Source of the DNA: Epiperipatus broadwayi
Taxonomy: Eukaryota > Animalia > Onychophora
Direction of reading: 5' to 3'
Length of the DNA stretch: 64,000 bases
Assembly: GCA_028023455.1 (NCBI GenBank)
Contig: JAQFVV010000004.1
Location: forward strand, 19,034,001 to 19,098,000
Made by a program: the position numbers and the translations under genes. A model generated the notes under the pieces. The model had not been told where the DNA came from and did not search any database. It saw nothing but the letters and a program-made list of their open reading frames with translations. Below are positions 12,440-27,769 of the stretch, in pieces (position 1 is the stretch's first letter; the number at the start of each line of letters is the position of its first letter).

Positions 12440-13010
12440 GACATTATCACATGAACAAAGTCAAAACATAAAAGATGATGACCTAATGTCAAGTATTTTA
12501 CTAAGCAAACAGGCTTGAAAATGAAAAGATAATTCCAAAAAATATTAATCTTAATAATGTTACATCAATGTACATCATGCAAACAATAAACAAATACTGC
12601 AAGCCTGGGATTGATCGATCCTACCACAATTAAAACAAATATGAAAGACATAGATACCACTTTCATCTTATAATTGAAAAGATGGTACGAGAAAGTCAAC
12701 ATCTCGATAGCCATATTTTTAGAACTAAGCAAGATGGATGCATATGTTCGATTCTAGAACGAATTTCAGTCACACGAGATTAAAAAGGAATTTGTTTCAT
12801 CCACCAATATGAATCAAAATGTAAATACACCTAAGTTATAAAAACATACTGAATGGTTTAAACTAATTGTAAAAAGAACTCCAATTTTGAATAAAATTAT
12901 CATGTGAAAAGAAATGAACAACAGCTTTTTTATTATGCTGCTTCCCTATGCAAAGAAACAACCCTACGAAATTACATATACTAATTAGGGTATTGCAATG
13001 TGGTCCATCT
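12440..13010 (+). pseudogene. Possible PLE RT C-terminal/thumb remnant
   Basis: Weak matches: EKDG, F.S.H..LKRN, and LPY...(near 12943) as in the PLE segment preceding GIY-YIG. Heavily disrupted. Confidence 0.3.
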
Positions 13011-16000
13011 AAAAGAACTGCACTGTAGGAGGCCGAATGCCAGCTCTTCATGCCTATAGAAGCATTATGACATGTGAGATGTCTATCTTATTAAACCCTG
13101 GTTGAGAACGATGATCTTCAGTGGGTCTTTTTTTTAAGGAAATAGCTTGGACAGTGCTATTAATCTACAATTCTGGAATGAGTAAGTGTGGAGAGTACAC
13201 CACCTGAGAAGATCCATCACCAGAGTAAGAGACTTCAAACATAATGGACAGTGCTTGCCAGGTCAGGAATTTATTTTATTAATCCAACTGATTTTAATTT
13301 TTTTTTTATTATTTGTTATTTATCATTTTATATTTTATTTTTTATTTTTTTATTTTTTTTTATATTTGTTTTCACATTTGGAAGCTTGTGCTTCAGAAAA
13401 TGGAAGAGTTTGTTTTAAGCATAAATGGGGGGGGGGAGAGGTTGGATTAAGTAAATGTTTTATGGTATTAAATAAAATTTAGGTCTACATACCCTTCCAG
13501 TAGCTTGTTATTATCTGCCTGAATGTGGAATAAGGTAAGATTTTGATGATGTTCCACATTAAGAGCATACCATAGTGACAAAACCAAGTTCTAGTTATTT
13601 ATTAAATGTTTTACTAATATTTGTTATATATTTATTTTTCTGTGTATCTGACAAACTTTCTGGAGTGGATGATTTTTCCTATCAACATTAAGAAATTACA
13701 TGTAGGTATAGGTGGGTACTCACCCCCAAGAAGGATGATCATAACCATCATGAATCAGACAGCAATTGTTACTTTATGATGCGACTGTAAATAAATTAAT
13801 TAGTCAGATTCACAATCTTTTGAAATATTTTTTTTATATCTTTGTAAATGAAGATTGTCAGGATATGGACTTCTATCACAGGATTTGGGTATCCATTGTA
13901 TTTAACTCTTAAGGTAATAGAAAGCCATTCTTGACTCCTGCAATTATACATGTTAATATTGTTAAATTATATTTGTTATTTAATAAATGTTGTTAAGTCA
14001 TTTCAATCAATTTGGATTCTGCCTTGTCATCATCATTATACATTTACACCACTAAAATATATGCTAAACATTAATATCCACATATCTCTTCTTATGTGTA
14101 TACTGATATTAGAAATATTCTGGGAGAGTGCATATGTACAGGTTCCGTAGTTCTTAACCTGAGTAAGCCCATCCCTGAAGAGAACTGAGTGGGAATTCTC
14201 TCTGAGTTCAAATACTTAGACATAATGAAGCCAAAAAGGGGGTGAGATGTGGACAAACTAGTCCAAATTACATCTACATTTAATGAGTAAACATTGAGCT
14301 AGCCCACTGAAGGTAGATGCGATCATAGGCTGAGCATTGCATCATGCCATAATTAACATATTACCCAAAGACCCCAAATCCAACCATAGTTAGATGCACT
14401 CCCCCTTTCTTGTGACAATGACAGGTCTGTTACAATATATATATATCACATCTTTATGATATGGCCATATAATGAAGATTGAACTGCATACTTCCTTTGA
14501 TTACAAAAATAATTTTAATAAAAATATATAAATTATAATACATTTTTCTAAAACAATAGCCCATTTTCTTAATATCAAAATTATTTTTGATAATAAAATT
14601 CTTAGAACTAATATATGTAATAAGCAGATTGATAGCTATGGTTATCTACATCTTCATAGTAACCAGCCACAACACTTAAAGATTAATATTTCCTATAGTC
14701 AATTTTTAAGAATTAAAATAATTTGCAATGATGAATTTTTTTTCAATGAAAACAAAATTTTACATAATAAATTTTAAATATGAAATATCCTAAAATACTA
14801 TTAGATAAGGCAATAATAAAATCTTCAGAAGTTGAAAGAGATGAATTGCTACTGAAAAAATGTATCCAATTGAAAATTCTACTACTAATTCTTAAATTAA
14901 TAATGTTTTATCTAATATTAACCACATATTTTCCAAATATTTTAATACATTAAATTTCAGAATTATATAAAACCTATTTTTCCTAACCCATTTAAAACTG
15001 TGTATCAAAGACACACAAAACACTTAAGGATAGAATTATAAAAACAAACTTTATTATTAACTTGTTATCAGAGAAAGCATGTTTTTAATTCTGAGATAAA
15101 AGATATCTTACATGCAGACATACTAGTGTTACAAAAATGTTTCTAGGTAATATGGTGTACCCCCAATTATGTCAATCATAAAAGTGTGTATTTAATACAT
15201 TTTATAGACTTAGGTAGATTATTAAGTTGTTATGCAGATGAATTGACAAACAGTCTGTATATTAGGATAATTAACGATTTGACATTTTATCCAAAAATAA
15301 AGATCACTCAATTGATAATTTAAGAGTGGTCATATTACAGAGTAATTTTTCTTTCACAAAAGAGAGAAAACAGAATCTATAAATTTAAGACTTTATATCT
15401 TCATGATATAAACATGAACATATGTATTATTACATCCTTAGATTACCTAATTTCATAATGTTCTATTTTTCATTCATTAATTATTATTGTTAATATGTTA
15501 ACCAATAAGATATTTTTCTTACATTTAACATTTAATATGAATACACAATTTTTTGTACATGTGATTTTTTTATGCATTTTTTTGCAGACATGTGTTGGTT
15601 TTTATTATAATTAATAAATTAATTATTAGTTTTGTAAAGTTTGATTAAAAAAAAAGTTTTTTTTTGTCTTATTGTAAAAAAATAATTAAGATATTTATCA
15701 CAATAAATCACCAGTTAACTAATTAAAAAAAAATTAATCTGAGAAATTTATTACATTATCAGATATGAAAATGATTTTGAAAGAAGCTTGTCTAATAAAC
15801 TAATGTTCTGGTTGAAATATTAAAAACAGCTATGTAGACAAGTAATTGTGTTTTATTTTTTTACTCCCTTTAATTATTTTATAGATTGCTTATTGTTTTC
15901 ATATACATAGTATGCAGATTTTATTATTATTTTTTTAATGGATACAAAATTTATTTATACAATAGAATCTGCTATATTGACTATGTAATCCATTAACTAT

Positions 16001-16559
16001 AGTTTACATTAATTAAAATATATCTACTTAAATATAATTTGTTCAAGTCTACAGTCTTGATAAAAATTATTGGTCAAAACAAACAATTTAAACAGGAAAA
16101 TGTTAAAAAAAATCATATATATATTTAATTGCTGGTACAGTTTAATATTTTCTTAATATTACCTTTTAGCTGGGAATGGGAGGAGAGGATATGGTTAAGC
16201 ATAAACAATCTTATGTTATTAAAAATCACTTTACCTTTAATAATTTTTATTAGTCATTATTAGACTAGAGATTATCCACTTAATGAATAATATTTCTGTG
16301 GTGCAATTTTCACTACACTATTTTCCCACAAGGTAGGCATTAGTTTCTACCCGCCTGTGTAAGAGTATTGTAGTAAAAATTATACTACAAAAATATTATT
16401 CACTTTACGTTTACTTTCTCACTTAGAAATTTTTTTCTGAGGCTATGTTTTTTTTTGGATGTCGTAGTGAGAGCAAAACAAACTTTTACTTCTACTTTTT
16501 CACTTCGAATTTTTTTTTTTTCTTGAAACTTTTTCAATTAAAAGTGGATAAGCAATTTA

Positions 16560-19500
16560 CAACCTCACATCTTGGATTGCTTGAAACAAAAATATACAAT
16601 GGATCCCATATTGCCTTTCTGCTTACTTCAACAGATAGGGCTTCTGGGCCTGCTCCAGGGACACATCTTCACCATCATCTGAAACTGGTATTGTTATCAC
16701 TTCCAACTGCCCATTCTCATCATTTAAGATTATTTACTTAGACTTGAATTTCTTAATCACCACATTTTACTGCTATATTATAACACTAAATATTATATTT
16801 TATATATATCCCTCTTGGTCCTACTTTTATTTCAACAACTTTTTGCTTGCATCTTCTCCCCATCCAATTGTTTTAATGGGAGATTTTAATCTTGATTATC
16901 AATCATTCATGTCAAAATGGCTTCATCTAAAACCCTTTTCAATTATGAATGGTCTAGGCTTTTTTTCCTTTCAACTTTGTCATGTTCCATAATAATTGGC
17001 ATGCCTCACTCATCAATCTTTTCTTTTACTCACCAATTTTACATCATTAATTCAACTTGACCTTAATCCTACTTTTTTTGCCCACTCTGGATAATCTCTC
17101 ATCCTGAATCTTGAAGAACTACACGTCACAGCCATTCATTTGCATGACAAGTCCTTCTACCTTCATATACCACAGAATTCTTATTCTCTGAAATATATAT
17201 TATCTGTAGAAAGAATATCATTCAATATCCAATATCTCACACACAATTCCCTTCTACCTTCTTGATTTTTGGCATTGTTTGATGAGTTGTGCACACTGAT
17301 TACACTAACGAAGCCTGCATATCACACTCACCAACAGCTACATGCACTTTTAAAAAACAACCTACTTAAAGAATGTCTTGCCATTAGGAAAAGTATTTGT
17401 CTTACTCATCAGCATACATGAACCCAGGGATATATTCATTGTGCCCTGAGCCACCCATTCACATCAAAAGTCCCTATGGCACTCCAAATTGATGATAACA
17501 TGTGTGCAAACTATAACATGATTAACCCTATATATCAATATGTCAAGCAGAGATTAGAAATCCACAATGTATTCACACCATAATCCTATATATCAATACA
17601 TCAAGCAGAGATTACAAATCCACAATGCATTCACACCACCTTAGTTTATTTGGACCACCTGATACCAATACTCATTTCAAACCATACAATTTGCTGACAA
17701 CTTGCCATCATAAATAACTCAGTGACATCTAAGTTCCAATGGAATCCGCCTTTTATCATCCTAGGCACTTTAATGCATTATACCTCTGTGACCTGGCAAA
17801 TTATCTGACCCAAAGGATATATGATATTAAAGTGTTATATTCAATCTCAATTGTACCACTTTCCATAAAAACAAGGCTTAACCTCTACTCTTACCAAACA
17901 TTGTCCAATTTCTATGAGCTACTGGGAATTAAGATGCTGGAAAAAGTTGTAAAGAATCATCGAGAGCCACATATACTTTCTCTAATTTCCAATATGGAGT
18001 TTTTTTAAAAAAGGATCATCTGCCATACAGGCTGATCTGATGTTTAAAATGGTCTTGAACTCAGTTCAAGACTGAAAAAATATGCTGAATTGCAGTTTAG
18101 CTAGATATAATCTGTATTTATTCCCATTCTGATTGATATGCTAGCTAACACTACCATTCCAAGTACTTTGCTTTATTTATTTATCAACTTACTGCAGAGC
18201 AGAGAGATACACATCACTCTCAATGGAAAAAGTTCACCATAATTCACCCCTAAGCAATCTATCTCCCAAGGCTCATCTCTTACTGCCCTGCTCTTCAATT
18301 TCTACACAAATTCTTCTATTAAAGCATATGTAACAGACATTTTAAGGCATTCAAATTATACACACTCACCAATACATCCTATGCATATCATATATTTATG
18401 ATGTTACCATCCTCCTGCTCATAAATATCTCCCCATATTGCAAAGCATCCGTAATCAATATATTGTCACATATAAACTTAGATTTAATATATTGTCACAT
18501 ATAAACTTAGATTTAATATGAGTAAAACAGCAGCATGGTTTACATACACCAACAAACTGTACACACAAATATTTGAGGAAAAGGCAACCCCTTTCTTAGA
18601 CTTTCCATTTTACATGGGCTCACTTATGATGAAGAACACCTTACAAAACAAGCTTGAAGAAAATGACGCATGGATTACCAATTCCCTCTCCAAAGGTTAT
18701 TTGATTTATATAAAATTCACCTATTTAATATACTCATAATGAATAAAATTACATATTAATTGCTTATTGTTAAATTTCCAAAATCATTTAATTCTGCCAT
18801 CTCCCTCTGCAACAAGCTACTATGGGGCAGGAAGATAGTTTCAATATCAGCCAAGAGATATTAATAACAGTTTAGGCATCCACAGTACCCAGATGTTCTA
18901 TATCCAAAAAGCTATAAATTCAATTGCATCAATTATTCAAAAGTTCCCAGCACTACAATCACTGTTACAAGTAATCCCTACTGATAGATCTCCCCCTCTT
19001 TCAGTTACATTTCTTACCATACTTTATCAATCCTATCAGTATACAACTGATTAACATTCTTCATGACTAATAAATACACACACTGACAAACATATGCTAT
19101 ACTATATCTAGAAACCAACAAAGATTTTCTTTCTCTCATGCTTGGTATCAAAAACCACCAGCTACTCCACTCCTTTAAACCTAAATTTTTTAATTTCTTA
19201 GTTTGACTTAACCTAAATGCATTTCCGACAGCTCATTTTTTCCAGTATCACTGTCTATATAAAAATATAAATCCATTCTGCATCTTACGTCAGCAGAGGA
19301 AACTCAACAAACTCTCCAGTAATGTCAAGCTCTCAAACAAATTAGGATGATTATGCTAAATACATACCGACAAACAGCTACATCTATATAACCACTAATT
19401 TAATCCTATAAGAAGTTACATATCCTCTCACATCATGCACAACATCTTTCATCCTATATGCCTTCTGGTGCACTTGCTACATCTTCATCATTGGCACCAA

Positions 19501-19860
19501 AAGACATCCAGCTACATTCATCAATAAGATCCAACAAATCAAGGCCCAGGACAACAATACTGCCCCCTCCCCCAGATATTTTTGTTTCACCTGGTCTCTA
19601 CTAAAATGACTATCCAATCTATAAAAGGTCATAGTCCAACAGTAAGCACATTGAATAGCATTCAATGGTATGATCCATTACTCTCAACATAGCTTACCTT
19701 CACTAACTGCCTTCAACATCATTCACCACCAGACTAGAGAATTCACTCCCTATCTATTGCAATCCACCAGCTGTCAACATATGTAATTCTATTCTGAATT
19801 GACTTTGTTCTTTGAACAGCATCCATAGCTTGGATTATAAGTTACCTTCTTATTGTATTC
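16560..19860 (+). mobile_element. Degenerate non-LTR retrotransposon (APE endonuclease and RT)
   Basis: PIVLMGDFNL in ORF 16744-16992; LLGIKMLEKVV in ORF 17739-18008; SQGSSLTALLFNFY at 18264-18305; YIYDVT; NMSKTAAWF. C-rich plus strand with many stops and frameshifts. Confidence 0.8.
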
Positions 19861-20211
19861 CAAGATTAACAATTAAAAGGACAATAATCAAGATTAATTT
19901 AGTGAATGTAAATAACTTCCAATATGATGCCAGATTTTACAAGGTTAGGTTATATCTATTTATCTATAAAGTTGAGACATATTGAAATGTTTTATGTAAG
20001 ACTTTAATGATTAAACTTGATATGCATCTCTGTATCCAAAACTAGTAGCAGCATTTGTAAAAGAAATATACCTTGAAACCTGATTAATGTAACCTTTAAA
20101 TTTAATTCATATAAAAACCTGTATAACATGATTGCACTCGTAACCCTTACAATCAATGTTATGTAATGCTATGTAAACCAAAGGATTAATAAAGATTATT
20201 GTTGAAGCATA

Positions 20212-20425
<214 letters not shown>

Positions 20426-20569
20426 GTACTTCTGTGAATTATAAGACTGTGTATAATAGTTAATCATCATCATTATTATTTATTATTACAATGTTTATTA
20501 AATAATGGATATTTTATTGGTATTATATATTAGTACATGTGTGGATGTGTTAACAATAAGATGTTAAGA

Positions 20570-21010
20570 AATCTCTGTTCACCTATTTGTTCATGTATAC
20601 AGTAATGGATCAAAAGAAGAGGTAAATTTGGGGAGATGGGATAACATTATCATCATCACTACTGAATGTCTCAATCTTCTCAATTAACATTGTCAATGAA
20701 TAGTTATCAACAAGTATAAAAGAAGCCTGAGAAAATTAGCATAGAATAAAAATAAATAATTATAATAAGCTACATAATAAGCATTAAACACAAATAATCA
20801 ACAGTCATTCCTTGTAGATTTAAAAGAGATACATTATAAAATCTAATCTAATTATCTTCTAATGAATTCCAAACTTAGGGCATAATAAAAAGGCAATTTT
20901 TGCATGCATATATTTAAATGCTAAAGATACAATAATATATATAAAAAATGCTGAGATCAGAATATCATGCTGATTATTATCAATGCTCATGGTCAACTTG
21001 TTCTTTGATC
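20570..21010 (+). pseudogene. Possible LINE RNase H / C-terminal remnant
   Basis: VHVYSNGSKEEVNLG resembles RNase H YTDGSK; a weak Cys/His remnant lies near 20950-21020. Confidence 0.3.
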
Positions 21011-22459
21011 ATACTGTCCATCAATAAAATAATAATTGTCATAAAGTGAGTGGACTTTAAAGGTGACCTATATACTTCTACACTTATATAAATTTACCAT
21101 TATTGCATGAGACTAGCTTGGTATACAAGGACTCTAGGAAATATGAACAAGAAAATATACAAATGCAGTGGAGTTATAAATTATGCTGTATTTAACTATG
21201 CAATTTCAATTATATGCCATTCTAAATAAGATATAAACAAAAAATGTAAAATCAACAAAAAACAACAACATTAAATTTCACAAATTTTATTATTTGGCAG
21301 CTATTTTTTCTTCTGCATACAAATTACTGTACATAAAATATTTTCAGTTTATGTTTAATGCACAAATATTTTAATTATTCTTTATTATCCTTTTTAAATT
21401 TGATCTACAGCATTTTATATAATAAAATAAGATTTCAAAATATTTATTAAACATTAACTTAATTGGGGAAATAGTAATTTTTTGAAAAAGAGATGGGTTT
21501 GTCATTCTATAAAAGAAAAAAAGTTATTGAAAAAACAATTATCTAGAGCATATTTGCTATTTAGTTGGGTTTTTATTATTATTGGTATATATGCATGAGT
21601 GAACACGTACTCTGTAAAATAAAATAAATATCCCCTCCATTTATTATTAATAATTACATTATTATTATTATTTAAATTTTATTTATATTTAAATTTTGAT
21701 TTATATATACATATAAAAAAATAATAGTGTTACGTATGTGTGCATGTGTTTTGAAGGTACTATACATTTGCAATTCAATAAAGAATAGTATTCTATTCTA
21801 ATCATTGTTTATCAACAAAATGTGACCCATATTTCCCTAAATCATGAGGAGAGGATGTAGAACAAAATACTGTATAGCTTAGTTTGCAGCTCCACTGTAT
21901 ATAATACTTAAATCTGTTTAGTATTAAATAACTTCATTGGAATTAATTAAAATAATGATAGATAAAGTTTATTAATTAAAAATATTAACAATAAACATGA
22001 AAGTAAAGATCTGTTCTTTAATATAAACATAAATACAGATTCTGATTTTGATTTACAAATAATAGAAAATATGTTCTAACAATATATATTAATTTTTAGA
22101 TATATCAATAAAAGTTAATATGATACCCACCTTTATAAACTCACAGATGTTCTTGTGTGATAATATAAAAGATTTCAATAATTATTTATCTAATGAAAAT
22201 TATCCTGTCATAGTAATACATATATGTTCATGGATTTTACTCGACAGATATAGATATATGCATACTATAATAAAAAATATTTCATTAGACAATAAAAGTC
22301 TTTAACATATAAATTTGTATATATTAAAATTTTTTATTGCAAACAAAAATCTAGAAACAATATTGATTATAAATCAATACCAACTGAAGCATATAACATA
22401 TTTAGAAATAAATTATATATCACATGATCACCATTTTTTATGCTTGCTCTTAACTGTTA

Positions 22460-22918
22460 TTAAAACAGGCAAAACTCTCTATATGTATTGCCACTTAGTG
22501 CAAGCCAGAGTAATCAATCGATGCCAGAAGACTTGTGCATAAAATCTCCATCTAGTACCTACTCATCCAATATCCCCAGACTAGTTTCTGGCTTGTGGCC
22601 TTTATCAGTGAGGAACCTGTGATCTGAGAGCATTACACCTAGATCCTACTCATCCATTTATCCCCAGATTAATTTCTGGCTTGTGGCCTTCATCAGTGAG
22701 GAGCCTTGGATCTGAGAGCACTGCACCTAGATCTTAGGTGCAGTGCTCTCAGATCCAAGGCTCCTCACTGGCGAAGGCCACAAGCCAGAAACTAGTCTGG
22801 GGATATTGGATGAGTAGGCATTAGATGGGGATTTTATGCACAAGAGCCTTCTGGCATCCATTGATTACTCTGTCTTGCACTGAGTGGCAATACATATAGA
22901 GAGTTTTGCCTGTTTTAA
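22460..22918. mobile_element. Palindromic hammerhead element (family F) with internal 88-bp tandem duplication; three HHR motifs
   Basis: Ends taaaacaggcaaaactctc / gagagttttgcctgtttta, centre near 22730. HHRs at 22574-22613 (minus, CUGAUAA), 22662-22701 (minus, intact) and 22763-22802 (plus, CUGGCGA). Confidence 0.9.
22662..22701 (-). ncRNA. Minimal type I hammerhead ribozyme (family F), intact core
   Basis: CCUCA-CUGAUGA-AGGC-cacaa-GCCA-GAAAU-ua-AUC-UGGGG; stem III palindrome AUUAAU. Confidence 0.82.
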
Positions 22919-25900
22919 ATAAATTATATAGATAACATACATATTATTTTATAAATATTAACTAAATATATGCAATTATTGTAAAATATTTATTAAATAG
23001 AGAATCAAATGCACACACACTTATGTTTACTGCACATAGGAACATATTTATATTTGTATGTATATTTTACAATAGTATGTAGCAGATAGAATCTTAGAGA
23101 AAGTTTATATGATAATTTATCAATAGATAATATAAAAGTTAGAAATCAGTAATCTGAAGAGTTAATAAAAAGAATTTTAAAAATCAGTAAAAAGCAATTG
23201 ATACTAGAATTAGAATCAAATGATTATTATATGTTATACAGTCACTGATGATTGTGGTGGCCATATGTAGGTTTAAATAATGTATATTCTTGGTATAACT
23301 ATGATCAACTGTTCCTAACATGATACTGTATGATGTTGCCTAATATAAATATTAGTAATGCGAAATAAAAAATAAACAAAGGAAATAGAAGAAACTAAAA
23401 CAAAAATGCTTAAATAAAAAAATGAACATATCTTTTCATAGAAGAAGCAGATAAAACTTGGTATAAAAATCAATTTAAAATTGAAGCTATAATTTATCAA
23501 TGAACAAGATTGTACTTAGCTATGGTACTTCAGTTTTGACAAAACCATAATAACTATATATATAATCACTTAAACATTTTCAATTCATTATAAAATAGAA
23601 ATCTGAAAGTATATTCAAAGAGCATAGAGCTTTTTATGTTCAAATCAAATTACGTAGATTCTAATTTTAGTTTTTAGTTATATATATATATGTATAACTA
23701 AATAAAACAAATAGAGGTAAAATGAGAAAAAAAGCAAGACAAAATTAGAAAACAATAAGAAACAAATTCACCTCAATAGAAAAGATGAAATTCAGTATAT
23801 ATATAATACCATAAAATGTAATTGATAAAAAATATGTAAAATTTGAATTGCCACTATAATATAAAAGTCACATGATGTATTATTATAAATAATATATATA
23901 AATTAACTATCTATACACATTTTTCATGTAAAATTTTTATTTATTTATTTAAACCTTATAGTTTTGACTACTCTGCCTAAGTATTCATCAATTGTCTTAA
24001 TCTGAATTTGCCTGTTTTGAAAGAGAAGGTCAACCAGAAGCTTAAATATCTACAATTTGTTAAGATGAAAAAATAAAAAAAAGTTATACAAGATAACCAA
24101 CACCAATTGTTTATTATAATTATTTACAAGAAGAAAATTAATCATCAACTAGAGAAATTGTATCCAAAAACAATATATCATCAAAAATGGAAATTAATTA
24201 AATCTATTATGTTGTTCTTTCATATAAATTATAATAAATAAAAAAAAAATATTATATAAATATATTATAAATAATTATACATAAAAAGCCTTGTTTTGGC
24301 ATATGGTTTAGGGGCTTTGTCAAATGTTGATAATCTATTTAACATTTGAAAAGGGTAATAAACCATGTACCAAAAAGGCTTTTTTTGTATAATTATTTCG
24401 AATAAATGTGCATAGCTGTTATATATAATTTTTTTATTATTTATTATAAAACTATATATATATGTAATCAAATAAGGCATCGATCAATAATCAAAAGGCT
24501 AGATATATATTTTTCCATATTTTTTCTTCTGTTTTTTTTTTATCCTCCAGTTGTTAATTATGTTTTTTTTTAAAAAAATTAAGAATGCAATTTTTTTTTT
24601 GTTTGTTTTGTTATATATATTTGTTAAACAAAGAAGGAATTCTTTATTAATAGGCAAGTATACATGTCATATATATAGCAATCTGCTCTTGTATGAATTT
24701 AACTACCATCTTTTGCAAATTAAATAAATAATTCATTTTTACAGAAGTCAAAGAGAAAATAATCTTCATAAAAATACAGATCATGCTGGCAATTCATTTG
24801 TATAATAGTTTATGCTTATTATATATATATTATGAAATCAATAATTATTGTTAAAATTAATTCTATCAACCTAAACCATCCATAAGGTGAACTTTGTTCT
24901 CTAGTTTAACCATTCCAACTTTTAGAGACACATATGGGAGCCAAATACAGATCATTATCACTCATTCCCTGGTTTCATATGCGGAGCCATGCTAAGAGAA
25001 TTTGCTTCTCTATAAAATGATCAATATTAATTAAGATTGTGACATTAAATAGAGTGAATTAAATGACATTCCAAATGACCACTTGGTATACAATATTTGA
25101 GTGCATGCATGTTCACCATGTATTATTTATTTTTTACTATGGTAGTTATTATCTGTTATCTAATTTAATAGTTTTATGAGTGTTATCATTATCACCAGAA
25201 GTGGTGCAACATTTTATTTACTTGTAATAATTATTAGTATATGGTTAAAAAAGCACATAAGTGTTTAATAAAGTAGCTATTACTGTTACATCGCATAATT
25301 GGCTCTTTTAATACTGCAGTAAAAACAAATATGAGAATATGTATCACTCCATTCATACTACATTATTGGTTGTTTTAACAGAGACTATTTATATGTATGT
25401 AGTTATAGGTATCATTTGTTAATCTTTTAATTCTTCGTGCTACATTGACCAATACAAAATTAGTATGTCAATATAAGACTTTAATCTCTCCAATCATTTT
25501 AGCCACTACAGTATATATGCACATTTTGTTCTCTATATAGCAGTTATTAAGTATGTAGCACTGAGAATTTTAATATTATTTATGAAATAATAATTTTTAA
25601 TTGTATATTACTATAAATATACTTAACTCGACTATCTAAAATCATTTTTAAAAAATTGTAAATAATGTGTCACATATCAATGTAACCCACTACACAGATG
25701 GAAATGGATTTATTTTTAAACTATAGGAGAAAGGATGACTTTGAACTAGAATGTTGAACAATTAAAAATATCAGATTGATTAATAAAATTTGAATATTAT
25801 AAAAATAAATTTAAAAATGTAAAAGGAGTTGATTTATTAGTATATGGGTACTATTATGTGTGTGATATGCAAACTGTTAAAAATGGTGTATTTAATTGTA

Positions 25901-27769
25901 ATTAGGTCAATTGATTATGTACTGATATTTAGATTAGGATAAGTCTAATAAAAATTTAATATAAAATTAATTAAACATAGCGGACTTATATTTTGAAATA
26001 TGTTTAAATATCTAAACTAAAAACTAGGAACCAGTCCTTTCTACAAAGTCTGTCAAAAAGATGAAATAGTTAAAAACAAAATATATATTAATATGAACAA
26101 ATGACGGAATAAAAACGTATATTGACTTATATTTTAGTATATATGTAATCAATTGGTTTATAACTCAAAAAGTCACATGACATTCAAGTTCCAAAAATAA
26201 TTGAGCTGACTTTCGATTTGGAGATGTTTAGCACATAAGTGTGTAACTTTACAATTGCACTAAATCACATACCGTAATTTAGCTATAAAATGATAATACA
26301 AGTTTAAAAGCTCGTATCCAGCTTTAAATGGAGATGTTAAAATATTGTGCATTATACAATAATAGTAAAATTATTATCAGTGGTCATCAAATATTATAAT
26401 TTTATTATACAAGTCGTGGATAATGAAATCTGCCTCCGAGTAGTTATCGTAACATGTGCGCGTATATTTACTTACTATCAAATGAATGGAGTATGTTGAC
26501 TTTCAAATATTTGAGCTAAAAAACAAACAAACAAAAAAAAAAAAAACATTGAAACATGGAAATAAAAATGTTACTTAAATGTTGAATGAAATAATTTTAA
26601 AACATTTTTTTTAATAACTACTTGACATTATATAAAAAAGAAAGAATAAAAACATGACATTTATTTTTTGTTTTAAGTAAACACAATTTAAATTGTATCT
26701 AAATATAAACACATAAAAATGATTAAATTTTGACTTTGTTGAAAACTGATTGATATAAAATAAGAAGGTTATAATGCGTACGTGAACACACATTATATGT
26801 AAAGTAAATTAGTTGCGTTAAACAGCCTACTGTAAGACATAGATTCCCCGCCAAATTTAAAGATAGTGAAGGAGGAGATTCTATTACTTAAGATAATCAT
26901 CTGACATTTGCTTAGAAAGTTTTATTTTTATAGTTTAAAAAAATAACAGAATAGTTTTATTGCGTGGGAGTTTATAAGATTTGAGTACTGTTAATGATAA
27001 CGCGTCCATGGTCCATGGATCTTAATTCCAGAGTCGGCCAATCTACTACTGCACCAATACAGGCAGGACATTTTTATAATTTTTCTTCTTTCCTTAACTC
27101 TCTAGCTAAGGATGACATATTACTTACAGATTAATATTGACTGATTTATTGGGTTTTGCTATCAGCACCATCTTCAAAAAATCAAAACAATAGCAACTCT
27201 CTCCATACAGTAGTGCCACTTAATGCAAGCCAGAGTAATCAATGGATGCTAGAAGAAATAGCGATCATGTGATGTAGTATTTTTTCTTCAAAAAGTCCTG
27301 AGATTTATTGGTATTATTTTAACTGCCAATTTTTTTTTTTATCTCGGCTTCAGATCTTACATTTTTACACTGTAGATGCTTTTTTAAGTTTAGATTTTGA
27401 TTATGATAAACATTAGAAAATGAATCTCCATATATAATTATCAATGTCTATTGACAGCCACACAATCAACTATTTTTATATTCTATCTACTCAACAGGCA
27501 AAATCTTTTATATTAAAAAAAATTAAATTAAACAAATAGTGTTAATAGAAAATTATAACCGATAGATTATAAGGATTTTTTTGCTGATGTTAAGAAATTA
27601 GCTAATAAATTTTTCAGAGATCACTTGTACTAAACACTGAAAGATTTTTGGGTGTATAATCTTCTAAGCATAATTTGTCCATAATGTTGCCTTCTATATA
27701 TAAAATTAAAAATAATCAATTTAAAATAAATTTGAAATAGACAACTCATATAAATAAATTTAAAAAAAA

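Noticed and set aside
14175-14220. CTGAAGA followed by a GAACT/AGTTC stem
   Set aside because: G12 is missing, and there is no NUH site or stem I. Could be a fossil but is unsupported.
23242-23266. Possible 25-nt microexon (ag|TCACTGATGATTGTGGTGGCCATAT|gtaggt, TDDCGGH), which also contains CTGATGA
   Set aside because: No partner exons were found and such splice-like flanks arise by chance. There is no GAAA or stems for a hammerhead.
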